Positions 36,165 through 49,277 of a stretch of 64,000 nt of DNA are shown piece by piece. How positions within the stretch are numbered: the first letter of the stretch is position 1; every line of letters starts with the position of its first letter. Below the pieces are notes generated by a model. That model saw only the letters and a program-made list of their open reading frames with translations. It was not told where the DNA came from and ran no database searches. The position numbers were made by a program, and so were the translations under genes. This stretch comes from Octopus sinensis. Lineage: Eukaryota. Location: positions 49,786,001-49,850,000 of the forward strand of contig NC_043014.1 of NCBI RefSeq assembly GCF_006345805.1, given 5' to 3'.

Positions 36165-36481
36165 CTCTCTTTTACTTGTTTCAGTCATTCGACTGCGGCC
36201 ATGCTGGAGCGCCGCCTTTAGTTGAGCAAATTGACCCCAGGACTTGTTCTTTGTAAACCTAGTACTTATTCTATCAGTCTCTTTTACTTGTTTCAGTCAT
36301 TTGACTGTGGCCATGCTGAAGCACAGCCTTCAGTTGAGCAAATTGACCCCAGGACTTATTCTTTGTAAACCTAGTACTTATTCTGTCGGTCTCTTTTGCT
36401 GAACTGCTAAGTTACGGGGATGTAAACACACCAGCATTGGTTGTCAAGCGATGTTGGGGACAAACACACACACAAACACAT

Positions 36482-36532
<51 letters not shown>

Positions 36533-36693
36533 TATGATGGGCTTCTTTCAGTTTCCATCTACCAAATCAACTCATAAGGCTTTGGTCTGCCCAAGGCTAT
36601 AGTAGAAGACACTTGCCCAAGGTGTCACACAGTGGGACTGAACCTGGAACCATGTGGTTGGTAAGCAAGCTACTACCACACAGCCACTCCTAC
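36165..36693 (-). mobile_element. SINE family A with duplicated 3' tail module
   Basis: CTCTTTTACTTGTTTCAGTCATT...TACTTATTCT block occurs twice. Confidence 0.85.
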
Positions 36694-37419
36694 TGTGGCA
36701 CAAGGCCTGCGTTTTAAAAAGGAGTGCAGTTTAGTCAAATACATCAACCCCTTGTACTTGGTTTTGTAGATTGTGAAAGGCAAAGTTGACCTCAGTAAGA
36801 TTTGAACTCGGGATGCAAAGAACCACAAGTTCCGCTAAGCAATTTGCTTCACATGCTAATGATTCTGCCACCTTGCCTGTTTGACAGCAGCATGCTTCAA
36901 CTGATGCCCCACATCACCTGTTGCTGGATACCCCTCCCCGGGGGCACAAAATCTTGTACTGCTATATTTAGAGAAGTGGGAACGAACCCCAGTACTTGAG
37001 TGTGACTTTATTTTATTGGCCCCCCAAAAGCAGCATTCCCCATCCTTCTTTTAAACCAGTTTCATACAAGACAGTTTTTCCATAGTCCAAGGGAATCATG
37101 GGCATAGTAAAACACAATGTACAGAGATTACAAGGGGACAAAGTTCTTGGGATTGGGCATAGTGATTAGTGTGGTGGGTAGCAGACATAAGCACCCTCTC
37201 AGACCCCTCGCAGCACATCCAAGATGTGACAGCTAAAAATGAGGAAGGGCTGTACTTGTACATGGCTGGTATGCATTTATAGATGAGTAGACTGGACCAT
37301 GGTGAAATGAAGTGCCTTGCTCAAGAATATAATGCACTGCCTGGTCCAAGAACTGAACCCTCAATCTTATATAATTATTATTATTATTATTATATCATGA
37401 ACCAACATGAAAATTTGTT

Positions 37420-37579
37420 AGGCACAGGAGTGGCTGTGTGGTAAGTAGCTTGCTTACCAACCACATGGTTCCAGGTTCAGTCCCACTGTGTGGCACCTTG
37501 GGCAAGTGTCTTTTACTATAGCCTCGGGCCGACCAAAGCTTTGTGAGTGGATTTGGAGACGGAAACTGAAAGAAGCCCG

Positions 37580-37633
<54 letters not shown>

Positions 37634-37850
37634 TTGTGTGTGTCGCCCTCAACATCACTTGACGACTGATGCTGGTGTGTTTACGTCCCCGTAACCTAGC
37701 GGTTCAGCAAAAAAAATGTCCGATAAAATAAGTACTAGGCTTACAAAGAATAAGTCCTGGGGTCGATATGCACGACTAAAGGCGGTGCCCCAGCATGGCC
37801 ACAGTCACATGACTGAAACAAATAAAAAGAGTAAAAGAGAGTAAAGACTA
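37420..37850 (+). mobile_element. SINE family A full length
   Basis: Head to (AAGAGT)n tail. Confidence 0.9.
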
Positions 37851-38594
37851 TAGTTTAAATGTCAATGTTTTTTTCGTGCTTGAATGGGTTGGACAGAATT
37901 TGGTTGAGGCTACCATAGAATGCTGGGAAGGATGGGCATGTCTGGGTGGTGGAGGTCCAAGACTAGTCACCTCCAAGGAACAGAGGTCAGTGTAGTAGTG
38001 ATAAAAAAACAAAAAGACAAATAGAAGACTTTGGAGTGTGCCAGAGGCTCACGTGTGTCCGTTTGTGATGGAGTGTCATTTATTCAAGTGGCTCTTCTCC
38101 GGATGTAATCCAAGATGTCACATATACACAGACACACAAGTGCCTGAACACATGAACACTTACGCCCACACACATACCAGGCTTTCTTTAGTTTTTTCCC
38201 TCAACCAAATCCATTCGCAAGACTTTGCTCCGTCGAGGACTTTTGTAGAAAACATCTGGCCCAAGATGCAGCTGAACAGTAGGACTGAACCCGAAACCAC
38301 ATGGTTTGAAGCAGATCACACAGTCTTACCTGGTTTTCGCTGATTGCTTCTGGCTCCTATGCAGTCGTGAGCAAATGTTGATAAACCTTCAGCATGTCCA
38401 TCCTTAACCCAGAGAAATGTTGAGAATGTGATTTGCCATTGAGAGGTTAGGGCTGCACAGCTGTCAGCTGATACTCATTTGCAGTAGAGTGGACTGGTGT
38501 AATGTGAAGTCAAGTGCCCTGCTCAAGAACACAATGTATTGCCTAGTCCAGGAAAGGAAACCATAAACTTACAATCAGAGCCTTACATCCTAAT

Positions 38595-39022
38595 TACTTC
38601 ACTCTTCACTCTTTACTCTTTTACTCTTTTACTTGTTTCAGTCATTTGACTGCGGCCATGCTGGAGCACCACCTTTTAGTCGAGCAAATCGACCCCGGGA
38701 CTTATTCTTTGTAAGCCCAGTACTTATTCTATCGGCCTCTTTTGCCGAACCGCTAAGTGACGGGGACGTAAACACACCAGCATCGGTTGTCAAGCAATGC
38801 TAAGGGGACAAACACAGACACACAAACACACACATGCATATATATATATACATATATACGACAGGCTTCTTTCAGTTTCCGTCTACCAAATCCACTCACA
38901 AGGCATTGGTCGGCCCGGGGCTATAGCAGAAGACACTTGCCCAAGATACCATGCAGTGGGACTGAACCCAGAACCATGTGGTTCGTTAGCAAGCTACTTA
39001 CCATACAGCCACTCCTGCGCCT
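38595..39022 (-). mobile_element. SINE family A full length
   Basis: Head to (AAGAGT)n tail. Confidence 0.9.
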
Positions 39023-39919
39023 ACACACAACAAACACACACACACACACATACATACACATATATATTTATGAATGTGTAGGCACAGGCGTGGTTGTGTG
39101 GTATGATGGTTTGTTTTCCAACCATATGATTTTCTGGTTCAATCCCACTGCATGACATCGTTGCCATGTGCCTTCTCCTGTAGCCTTGAGCCAACGAAAG
39201 CTTTGTGGGTGGATTTGGTCAACAGAAACTGTGGGAGTCCATATAGAAGAAGGCTGTGAGATGGGGTTTTGGGGTTTCTGTCCTCATTTAGGTTGAGGTC
39301 AAGGATCAAGGGTTATCATGTGTTTGTTTGTTCCCCACCATTGCTTAACAAGTGGCTGTTGGTTTGTTTATGTCCCTGAAACTTGGTGATTGTGCAAGAG
39401 ACTGATAAAAAAAAAATATATATTCTGTATGTGATTTGTTTCGCTGAACCCTATAAGGCGATGCCCCAGCTTGGCCGCAGTCCAATGACTGAAGCAACGA
39501 AAATATGAAAGATATATATTTGATTTGATTCCTGGCTTCCACCCAGGCAACCTGGGTTCAATTCCTGGCATAGAGACACATATTTTGATAGGCACAGGCA
39601 TGGCTGTGTGGTAAGAAGCTTGCTTCCCAGCCACTTGATTCTGAGTTCAGTCCCACTGCGTGGCACCTTGGTCAAGTGTCTTCTACAATAGCCTCGGGCC
39701 AACCCAAGACTTGTGAGTGGATTTGGTAGACGGAAACTGAAAGAAGTCCGTCATATATATATATATCTATACGTATGTATGTATTTATGTGTGTGTGTGT
39801 GTGTGTCTGTGTTTGTCCCCCACCCCCTCACCACTTGACAACTGGTATTAGTGCGTTCCTGTAACTTAGCAGTTCAGCAAAAGAGACCTATAGAATAAGC
39901 ACTAGGCTTAAAAGATAAG

Positions 39920-40753
39920 GGATCTTTTCAGTTTGAACAGCAGTTTTTTCTAGCGGTGTCATATGAAGTTGTCACCCATAATTATGACCCTAGTATCGAT
40001 CTATTTATTGCATTTCAATCTGTTTTAGAGTTAGGGTTAGGGGTGGGGGGAAGGGTATCTTTTTTTCTTCACGAATGTAAATAAACCCAATCTGTTTCTT
40101 AAACGAGGGACATATTCATACGGCACAGAATGTTTTCACCTCAATAGACGTCATTGATTGGTTGAAATTGCAGAAATTGAAGGGAAAAAACAACAAATAT
40201 CTTACAAACTATAGAATTTTCTCAATAAAGCCAAGAGAAAAAGATGTTTTATAAACACATTCTACCAGTATACGAAGTTTAAAAGTGTTTAGGTACTCTC
40301 TTTACTCTTTTACTCTTTTACTTGTTTCAGTCATTTGACTGCGGCCATGCTGGAGCACCGCCTTTAATCGAGCAACTCGACCCCGGGACTTATTCTTTTG
40401 TAAGCCCAGTACTTATTCTATCAGTCTCTTTTGCCGAACTGCTAAGTAACGGGAACATAAACACACTAGCATCGGTTGTCAAGCAATGCTAGGGGGACAA
40501 ACACAGACACACAAACACACACACGCATATATATATATATACATATATACGACGGGCTTCTTTCAGTTTCCGTCTACCAAATCCACTCACAAGGCTCTGG
40601 TCGGCCCGAGGCCATAGCAGAAGACACTTGCCCAAGGTGCCACGCAGTGGGACTGAACCCGGAACCATGTGGTTGGTAAACAAGCTACTTACCACACACC
40701 CACTCCTACGTGGAAATTATTTTAAAAAACTGCCGTTCAAACCGAAAAGATCC
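39920..40753. mobile_element. MITE family M (GG termini, 8-bp TSD; Merlin-like by inference) containing a family A SINE
   Basis: TIR GGATCTTTTCRGTTTGAACRGCAGTTTTT; TSD AAGATAAG at 39912-39919 and 40754-40761; SINE at about 40296-40706. Confidence 0.85.
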
Positions 40754-41282
40754 AAGATAAGTCCTGGGATCGATTTGTTTGGCTAACATACTTCGAGGCG
40801 GTGCTCCAACACGGCCACAGTCAAATGACTGAAAAAAGAATAAAAGAATAGAGAGATAATTAGGTGGTGCTCCAGCATGGCCACGGTGACTGGCTGAAAC
40901 CAATGCAGAAATGAAATATTTGATCAGTGCCCTACTCACGCCACTCTTTGTCTGCTGACTGTCTTATTGTTCATAAGTAAATACTTTCTTCCACTCTAAA
41001 TGGTTCCACCCCCCGCCTCCCTCCCTGTCTACAGACGATGTGTGTGTGGGGGGAGGAAGAGGCTTTTCTCCTCCCTTCATTAGAGAGAGAGAGAAAGAGA
41101 GAGAGAGCTAGTGTGAATCAATATCAACCAGTCTGCCTCTAAACCACCACCACCACCATCATTATTATGATTACTATCACAGCCATCATTACTACTACTA
41201 CTACTACTACTACCCATCTGTCTACCTCTGTATCTATCTATCTCTCTATCTATCTATCTATCTGTCTACACACACACACACA

Positions 41283-41345
<63 letters not shown>

Positions 41346-41920
41346 TACACATACATACACACACAATTATGTGTGTGTGTTGTGTTGGTCAGTGGCTGCC
41401 AGTCTGTCCACTGAATATGTCTGGACATGTCTCTAAATATTGTTGCTATTGGTAACCAATAGCAACACTACGGAAGGCGGCTGTGAGATGGGGTTTTGGG
41501 GTTTCTGTCCCCGGTTTAGGTTGAGATCAAGGATCAAGGGTTATCATGTGGCGGCGGCGGCTGGAAGTGGATTGAGGGGTGTGAAGGACCCCAAGGTTTA
41601 AATATTTGGTCTCGAGGGGGGGGGGGCTTTGTTTTAAAGCAAATTTTTTCATCTGACATTTCTTATCTCATTTCTTATAATTGTCGTTGTTGTTGCAGTC
41701 ATCATCATCACAATCACCATCATCATCGTCTTCATTGCCAGTGTCTTGTTGTTAGCATGCTGAACAAAATCCTTTGTGACCTTACTTCAAGTTTTACCTT
41801 CTGAGCTCAAATTCTATCAAGGTTGACTTTGTCCCTCGTCCTTTCAGGGTTGATAAAATAAGCATTGACTTGAGCACTGGGATCAGTGTAATCTATTATC
41901 TCCCTCCCCACACACCATTT

Positions 41921-42545
41921 ATCTGAGGCTTTATGTAGCTATGATGCAGCCTCACCTGGAATTTGCATCACCGGTCTGAAACCCCTATCTTGCCCAGGAT
42001 ATTAATAATCTGGAAATCGTTCGGTGACGTGCAACCAAGAGAATATGCTCCATCAGGCATTTGCCATATTCTGAACGCCTTACTTCCCTGGGCATGGATA
42101 CATTGAAACTCCGACGCCTGACAGCTGACTTGGCAGACACTCATAAAATTATTAACCATCTTACAAACAATAACTGAGCACCTTTTCAAACTCCACCTGT
42201 CTAACACCCGTGGACATGTTTACAAAGTCAGAAAACAGCACAGCTCCCATGACTTCAGGAAACATTTTTTTCACGCTAAGAGTTGCTAAAGCATGGAACA
42301 AACTGCCGGCATCAGTTGTTAGTTGTCGGAGCACTGCATCCTTCAAAACTTCCATGCTTCCTGAGATTCGCCAACACTACACCTGATTTTCTCCCCTCCA
42401 TACACACACAAGCATGTATCTGACCCATGCATTGTTCACTTCCCAGACATTTCTACATTACTGCATATGCTTTATACGCACTTTCTGACAAGTTGTGGTG
42501 CACCTGAGCACTGTATACAATAATTTCATTATATATTATATATTA
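41921..42545 (+). mobile_element. CR1-clade LINE 3' end (family CR1-b), decayed ORF2
   Basis: LRLYVAMMQPHLEFASPV*NPYLAQDINNLE...YSERLTSLG...NTRGH...FFTLRVAKAWNKLP; AT-rich tail. Confidence 0.85.
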
Positions 42546-43684
42546 CTATCATCATAATTGCCCTCATTATACTTGTAACCACCACCACCATCATCATCAT
42601 CACCATCACAACACTCAACATCATCATTTCCAATTTTATGAATGCTTACAGTAGAAAGGATTGTTGTTGTATTTTGTCCTTTGATGTTGTTCTGAGTGTT
42701 TTGAGCCATTGTTATCAATAAGATAAATAATTATTACGTTGTTGCAATAACCACAATGGTCCTTGCTTCAGTTTTAGCTTCTGAAAGCAAATCCTTGCAC
42801 CTTGTGGAATTCACTCCATAACATAATCTGACAGTTGGGGGAAGTGGGCATGTGCTTGTGAGTGGTCCCACATCAGAATTGTAGAGGCTGGAGATTTCAC
42901 CCTCCATCCAAATTTATGATACCAGAGCCTTGAAACCTAGTTGAAAACTAGTTCCCAGTCTTTACCTGCTGTTTATGACAGAGCCTGAAGATTCTGCCAT
43001 CATAACCCTCTCAGGAATAGTGAGTTTGAAAATGTGTGAATAATTATTTTTAACGTTTTTAATACCAACCCGTCTATGATAACCCCGAGTTCTATGATAA
43101 AACTTCCTGTTTTTAAGTGATCAAAATTTAAATGTTTCATCAAATTTTATGTAAATTTAAGTTCCAAACACCAGCTAATTAATAAGTTATTTTAGGAAAT
43201 TCTTCGTTATTTTCAGAATTAACTAAAACAAATGTAGTGTATTTCAATAGAAATTTGGTAACAAAAGGGTCAAGGTAGCAAGCATTTAAACTGGCCATAT
43301 CTGGCTCAAATATTCTTCCTGTTTTGTGTTCAAACTCTCCAGACCTGGCCTCTCACACTTTCTCTACAATGTCATTATAAAAATAAAACAATCATATCGT
43401 TGAAATCTTAAAGCTACAAGATCATGCATATTTAACTCGTTAGCGTTCAGGTTACGCTGTCAAATGTAATGCTGGGAGGGCATCCTAGCGTTAGGAAGGG
43501 CATCCAGCTGTAGAAACTCTGCCAGATCAAGATTGGAGCCTGGTGCAGCCATCTGGTTCGCCAGCCCTCAGTCAAAATCGTCCAACCCATGCTTGCATGG
43601 AAAGTGGATGTTAAACGATGATGAGGATGATGGGATGTCAGGAAGGGCATCGCTGTTACACTTCCAGAAGGGAAGGGTCTTCCT

Positions 43685-44008
43685 TTGATTCTGACATGCA
43701 ATGTCTGTGCAAGACCCTGCCTCAGTAAAGCTGGACTCATGAGTCATCTTTGTAGTCATAAAACGAGACAGATGAGTGACAACCTGGCCACTGGTGGTGG
43801 TGTAACACACCATACTAATCATATCTGTCGGGCATGTGGAAGAGAGTGTAATTCGGCAGGAGGACTTAAACGACATGCAAAGGTACATGAAGCCCAGTTA
43901 CAACTGCAGCCGGCTATTGCCGGTAAAGGTTTTAGCTGCCAATTCTGTTCAAGACATTGTAGATCTTTAGCTGGGCTAAAAAGTCACATTCGATCACAGC
44001 ACCAGTAA
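43685..44008 (+). CDS. Three C2H2 zinc fingers; probable C-terminus of an RTE-clade ORF2 followed by RTE-like 3' UTR (to about 44063)
   Basis: CNVC-x12-HLCSH, CRAC-x12-HAKVH, CQFC-x12-HIRSQH; no TGEKP linkers; downstream GGCCATACTCAATAACGAGGGGCAGCCATAATCAT resembles RTE tails. Confidence 0.6.
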   Translation: MILTCNVCARPCLSKAGLMSHLCSHKTRQMSDNLATGGGVTHHTNHICRACGRECNSAGGLKRHAKVHEAQLQLQPAIAGKGFSCQFCSRHCRSLAGLKSHIRSQHQ

Positions 44009-44213
44009 CAGTTAAGCTTTGTACAATGGCCATACTCAATAACGAGGGGGCAGCCATAATCATGTACATACATACTCACACACACAACGGGTTTCTCCCA
44101 GTCTCTCTCTACCAAATCCACTTACAAGGCTTGGTTTGGTTGACCTGTTGCTATATCAGAAAACACTTGCCCTAGGTGCCACAGGATTGAACTCAAAACC
44201 ATACGGTTATTAA

Positions 44214-44678
44214 CCCTTTCGTTACTGTATTTATTTTGAGATGCTCTGTGTTTCTTTCAATTACTTTAAATATAACAAAGAATTTAGTAAAATAACTTAG
44301 TTATCAATTGCAGCGTGGAAGGTGTTTATAAGCCATTTAAGAAACACACAAAAGCCGTTTGATTCACTTCAACATTTAAGTTTAATTTGTCAAATTAAAC
44401 TTAAATGTTGAAGTGAATCGAACGGCTTTTGTGTGTTTCTTAAATGGCTTATAAACACCTTCCACGCTGCAATTGTTTTCGTTTCAGCACACGATCTCAG
44501 ATCAAATTACTTGCTATGCGAGTACATCTCCGTAAAAAACTTAGTTATCATTAAGCTAGTGTTAGGAACATAAATTGTGACTGAGGTTTGGTGGAAGATT
44601 TTAATTCAAAACTTATGAAAACAAGACATTTGTACTACAGAGCCAGAGCCGGTTTCAGCCGGGTTGGTAACGAAAGGG
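44214..44678. mobile_element. piggyBac-like MITE (family P) with internal insertion at about 44305-44535
   Basis: TTAA|CCCTTTCGTTAC ... GTAACGAAAGGG|TTAA. Confidence 0.85.
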
Positions 44679-45176
44679 TTAAACCATGTTCTTAGGACAC
44701 AGCCATGCTTGCACTAAGAAAAATGCTATCAGTGTTTCATTGTTTGCAGAGAGAGAAAGTTGTTGTGGCCATTGTGTAGGTCTTACCTTTCAATATGTTG
44801 TCTTAAACTTATTAAATTGTTGAACTGTTTTGAGTATGACGGCAGGTGTTTTTCAATTAGAACAAGAATGACAAACACATATCTTAATATATCTATGTTT
44901 GTCCATTATGAGTAACACAATGGCCTGAGACTGTTTTTAATTCCTTTGCTTCTTCTCTCGTTTACTTTATCCACAAGCTAATCACTAAATGACATGTAAA
45001 TTATTATTAAAGCATGGCTGCTTGTCAGTTCGGTCGTTTCCTATTGTTTTTAACATTTAGCTGTGGAATCGTGGAGAAACCTTGGAGCAGCCTGGCTAAA
45101 CGTTGACTCATACTTGCTCTGATTGTGGACTAGTTTTGAGTTCAATTCTTACATGGAGGACTGATATGAAAAAATG

Positions 45177-45335
45177 GATCTTTTCCGTTTGAACGGCAGT
45201 TTTTTTCTAGCGGTGTCATATGAAATTGTCACCCATAATTAAGACCCTAGTATCGATCTATTTGCATTTCAATCTGTTTTAGGGTTAGGGTTAGTTAGGG
45301 TTAGGGGTGGGGGAAGGGTATCTTTTTTTCTTCAA
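45177..45335. mobile_element. MITE family M, left part only
   Basis: Left TIR and TTAGGG-rich segment. Confidence 0.75.
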
Positions 45336-45529
45336 GCTCTTCAAGCCATAGACTTCACTCCGGCACAGACATTCATGAGGGTTGGAAACAAGAAACAAAG
45401 AGTCTCTGCTTTCAATAGCATATGCATGTGTGTATATATGTGTATGTGTATATGTGTGTGTGTATGTGTATATGTGTGTGTGTATGTGTATATATATATG
45501 TATATATGGATATGTGCATATGTATGTAG

Positions 45530-45880
45530 CTGTGTGGTAAGTAGCTTGTTTACCAACCACATAGTTCCGGGTTCAGTCCCACTGCGTGGCACCTTGGGCA
45601 AGTGTCTTCTACTATAGCCTCAGGCCGACCAATGCCTTGTGAGTGGATTTGGTAGACGGAAACTGAAAGAAGCCTGTCGTATATATGTATATATATATAT
45701 GCGTGTGTGTGTTTGTGTGTCTGTGTTTGTTCCCCTAGCATTGCTTGACAACCGATGCTGGTGTGTTTATGTCCCCGTCACTTAGCTTACAAAGAATAAG
45801 TCTCGGGGTCGAGTTGCTCGATTAAAGGCGGTGCTCCAGCATGGCTGCAATTAAAATGACTGAAACAAGTAAAAAAAGAG
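45530..45880 (+). mobile_element. SINE family A
   Basis: Body and tail, with internal deletion. Confidence 0.85.
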
Positions 45881-46011
45881 AATATAAATATGTGCCAGAT
45901 CAAGATTGGAGCCTGGTGCAGCCTTCTGGTTCGCCAGTCTTCAGTCAAATCATCCAACCCGTGCTAGCATGGAAAGCAGACGTTAAACGATGATAATAAT
46001 GGATATGTGTT

Positions 46012-46070
<59 letters not shown>

Positions 46071-46638
46071 CATATATATAAGTATGTACATATATGTTAT
46101 AAATGTTTTTTGTATATGTGTGTAAATATGTGTGTGTGTATGTGATTATGTATATGTTTATATAAGTATATGAAGATATAAGGTTATTAAGATATGTATA
46201 TAAGGTTTCTTGTGACATAATTTAAAAAAAGACGAGGTGTTATCTCGTTCCATCATTTCTATATTACATAATCATATTAAAGGATTGTTACAACATTTCT
46301 GTGATAAAGTAAAATAATAAAAAAACAAAACAAAACGTCCACCCACCCTTACATTCCACAATCACCATCACCACCCATCAAAGAAAAAAATAGAAGTATA
46401 TATATATAAAAGAATAATGCAGCGAAAATTCCATTTTTTTTTTAATGATTTTTAAGAATATTTTACTTACTACTAAAGATAAGAAATTGACACATTGCAG
46501 ATGTGATGCACCTGGTTTTGTAGTATTGGTACATTTTGCATTTGTTGTAGTACAAGTGTAGTTGTGATTCAGCAATGGTGTATAATATGTTTACGTGGCA
46601 GAGTTACAGTTGTGGTACATGGGAAGTTGTGCTGCATT

Positions 46639-46890
46639 TGCAGTTGTGTGATGGCCCTGCAGTTTTCCATGCAGTTACTGTGTTGTGCAGTGCCATGCTT
46701 GCAGTTGTGATGGCCCTGCATTTTTCTATGCACTTGCTGTGTTGTGCAGTGCTGTGCTTGCAGTTGTGATGGCCCTGCAGTCTTCCATGCGCTTGCTGTG
46801 TTGTGCAGCACTGCATGCAGTTGTGATGGCTCTGCAGTTTAGCATGCACTTGCTGTGTTGTGCAGCGCTGTGCTTGCAGTTGTGATGGCT
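46639..46890. repeat. 57-61-bp minisatellite, ~4.3 copies
   Basis: GCAGTTGTGATGGCCCTGCAG...CTGTGTTGTGCAGTGCTGTGCTT units. Confidence 0.85.
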
Positions 46891-47220
46891 TATCTGATAC
46901 TCTCTTTTCATACATACATACATATATATGTATGTATGTATGTGTGTGTATATGTTTGTGTGTCTGTGTTTGTCCCCCCCCGCAACATTGCTTGACAACT
47001 GATGCTGGTGTGTTTACATCCCCCCAACTTAGCGGTTCAGCAAAAGAGACCGATAGAATAGGTACTAGGCTTACAATGAATAAGTCCTGGGGTCGATTTG
47101 CTCGACTAAAGGCGTTGCTCCAGTATGGCCACGGTCACATGATTGAAACATCTACACAGCCTGGCTTGTGCCTAAACTTGAATTCTTGTTTCTCTTACTC
47201 GGTTGTGTGCAAAATCGGTT

Positions 47221-47636
47221 GGATCTTTTCGGTTTGAACGGCAGTTTTTTCTAGCAGTGTCATATGAAATTGTCACCCATAATTATGACCCTAGTATCAA
47301 TCTATTGCATTTCAATCTGTTTTAGGGTTAGGGGTGGGGGGAAAGGTATCTTTTTTTTTCCTTCAGAAATGTAAATAAACCCAATCTGTTTCTTAAACGA
47401 GGGACATATTCATACAGCACAGAATGTTTTCGCCTCAATAGACGGTCATTGATTGGTTGAATTTGCAGAAATTGAAGAAAAAAAACAACAAATATCTTAC
47501 AAACTATAGAATTTTCTCAATAAAGCCAAGAGAAAAATATGTTTTATAAACACATTCTGCCAGTATGCGAAGTTCAAAATTTTTTAGTTACGTGGAAATT
47601 ATTTATAAAAAACTGCCGTTCAAACCGAAAAGATCC
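47221..47636. mobile_element. MITE family M, full length
   Basis: TIRs; TSD AATCGGTT/AATCAGTT. Confidence 0.9.
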
Positions 47637-48394
47637 AATCAGTTTTTACTCTCCCTGCGATGTCCCTTGTGACAAATAAACTCTCTCCTGCTGCCGCTCA
47701 CCACAGATTGAGAATTATAATCAAACAATTGTCTTGCATCTTGTCTCAATCTTTCTTTTGATTTCTCTGGAAAAGACAAAGAAATAATAATAATAATGAA
47801 TTGTGGAAAGTCGGAGGAGTTTAAATTACAATAATTAAAACAACATTCCGTTATAGTTCTGTCAAATAATAATTGTTCTTGTCGAGAAGCCACAAATTAC
47901 TGTTGTTCTGTTTTGTCTATTTTTTTTTATACATTTTTAAAAAAAATTTCTTAAATAAAAGATGGCAAATAAAGAAGAAAAAAAAAACTTCCTTTTTTTT
48001 TTCCTCTTTTTTTTTCTATTTTTTTTTTTACGTAAAGTTTTTTTTTTTTATGGCGGCAGTAGAGGGAGTTGCAGGAAGAGGAGATTAATACTGTGCTGAT
48101 CTCTTAGGGGGTGAGGTTTGTGTGTATGGAGGCGGGGGGAGTGACAGAACAGGAAGGAAATGTGTGGGTGATGATGATGTTGTTGTATACCACAAGAATT
48201 CTTTGTATTCAGAAATTTGTGGTTAATTCACTCTACTTGGTTCTGTAAGAAGTGTGTGGTTATAGCAACAACATCAACAACAACAACATATGTGAGAAAG
48301 ATAGAGAGAGAGTCTTTTAAGTGGTCATTTGACATGCTAGAAATAGCTGTCAAGTTTAACTTCAAATCACACCCTACATTGTTTACTTTTATCT

Positions 48395-48770
48395 TTTACT
48401 TATTTCGGTCATTTGACTGCGGCCATGCTGGGGCACCGACCTGAAGGGTTTTAGTCGAACAAATCAAACCCAGGACTTATTTTTTTCAAGCCTAGGTACT
48501 TATTCTATCTGCCTCTTTTGCTGAACCACTAAGTTACTTGGACGTAAACACACCAACACTGGTTATCAAGTGATGGTGGAGGACAAACACAAACACACAC
48601 ACACACACACACAAATTGGGCTTCTTTCAGTTTCTGTCTATCAAAGCCACTCACAAGGCTTTGGTTGGCCTGAGGCTATAGAAGACACTTGCTCAATGTT
48701 CCACACAGTGGAACCGAACCTGGAACCATGTGGTTGGGAAGCAAGCTTCTTACCACACAGCCATGCCTGG
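48395..48770 (-). mobile_element. SINE family A, older subfamily
   Basis: Diverged head and tail. Confidence 0.75.
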
Positions 48771-49277
48771 CTTTCTGACCCAAATTAGGGGAATGTTTTA
48801 TTGAGACTTTGTTTTACAGCAAGATGCCTTTCCAGTTGCTAACCCTTACATGGGTTTTCTTGTTGAGCTTTCCATGGATTGCATACTCCATATATCTTCG
48901 AAAGGTGCAAAACTCACACACACACCTATTTATTTGTCTGTCTGTTTGTCTGTGTATGATGTGCTCCCTCACAGTTTCCATCTACCAAATCGTCTCGCAA
49001 GACTTAGGTTGACCTGGGGTTATAATAGAAGACGCTTGCTCAAGGTGTTGCACAGTGGGACTGAACCCATAGCCAGGTGGTTGGGAAGCAGCCTTCTGGA
49101 CCACATATGGACACATTGGATAATGGAGAGATAGATTCACTGTTTAAAAAAAATAAACACAAAGGGCATGGTTGGAATGTCTTCAATTATAGGTCTACTT
49201 GATCATTGCTCACCTGAGCCAAAGTAACAAAGACGATAACACCACCACCAATAGCTACAACATGTGTGTGTGTGTGT

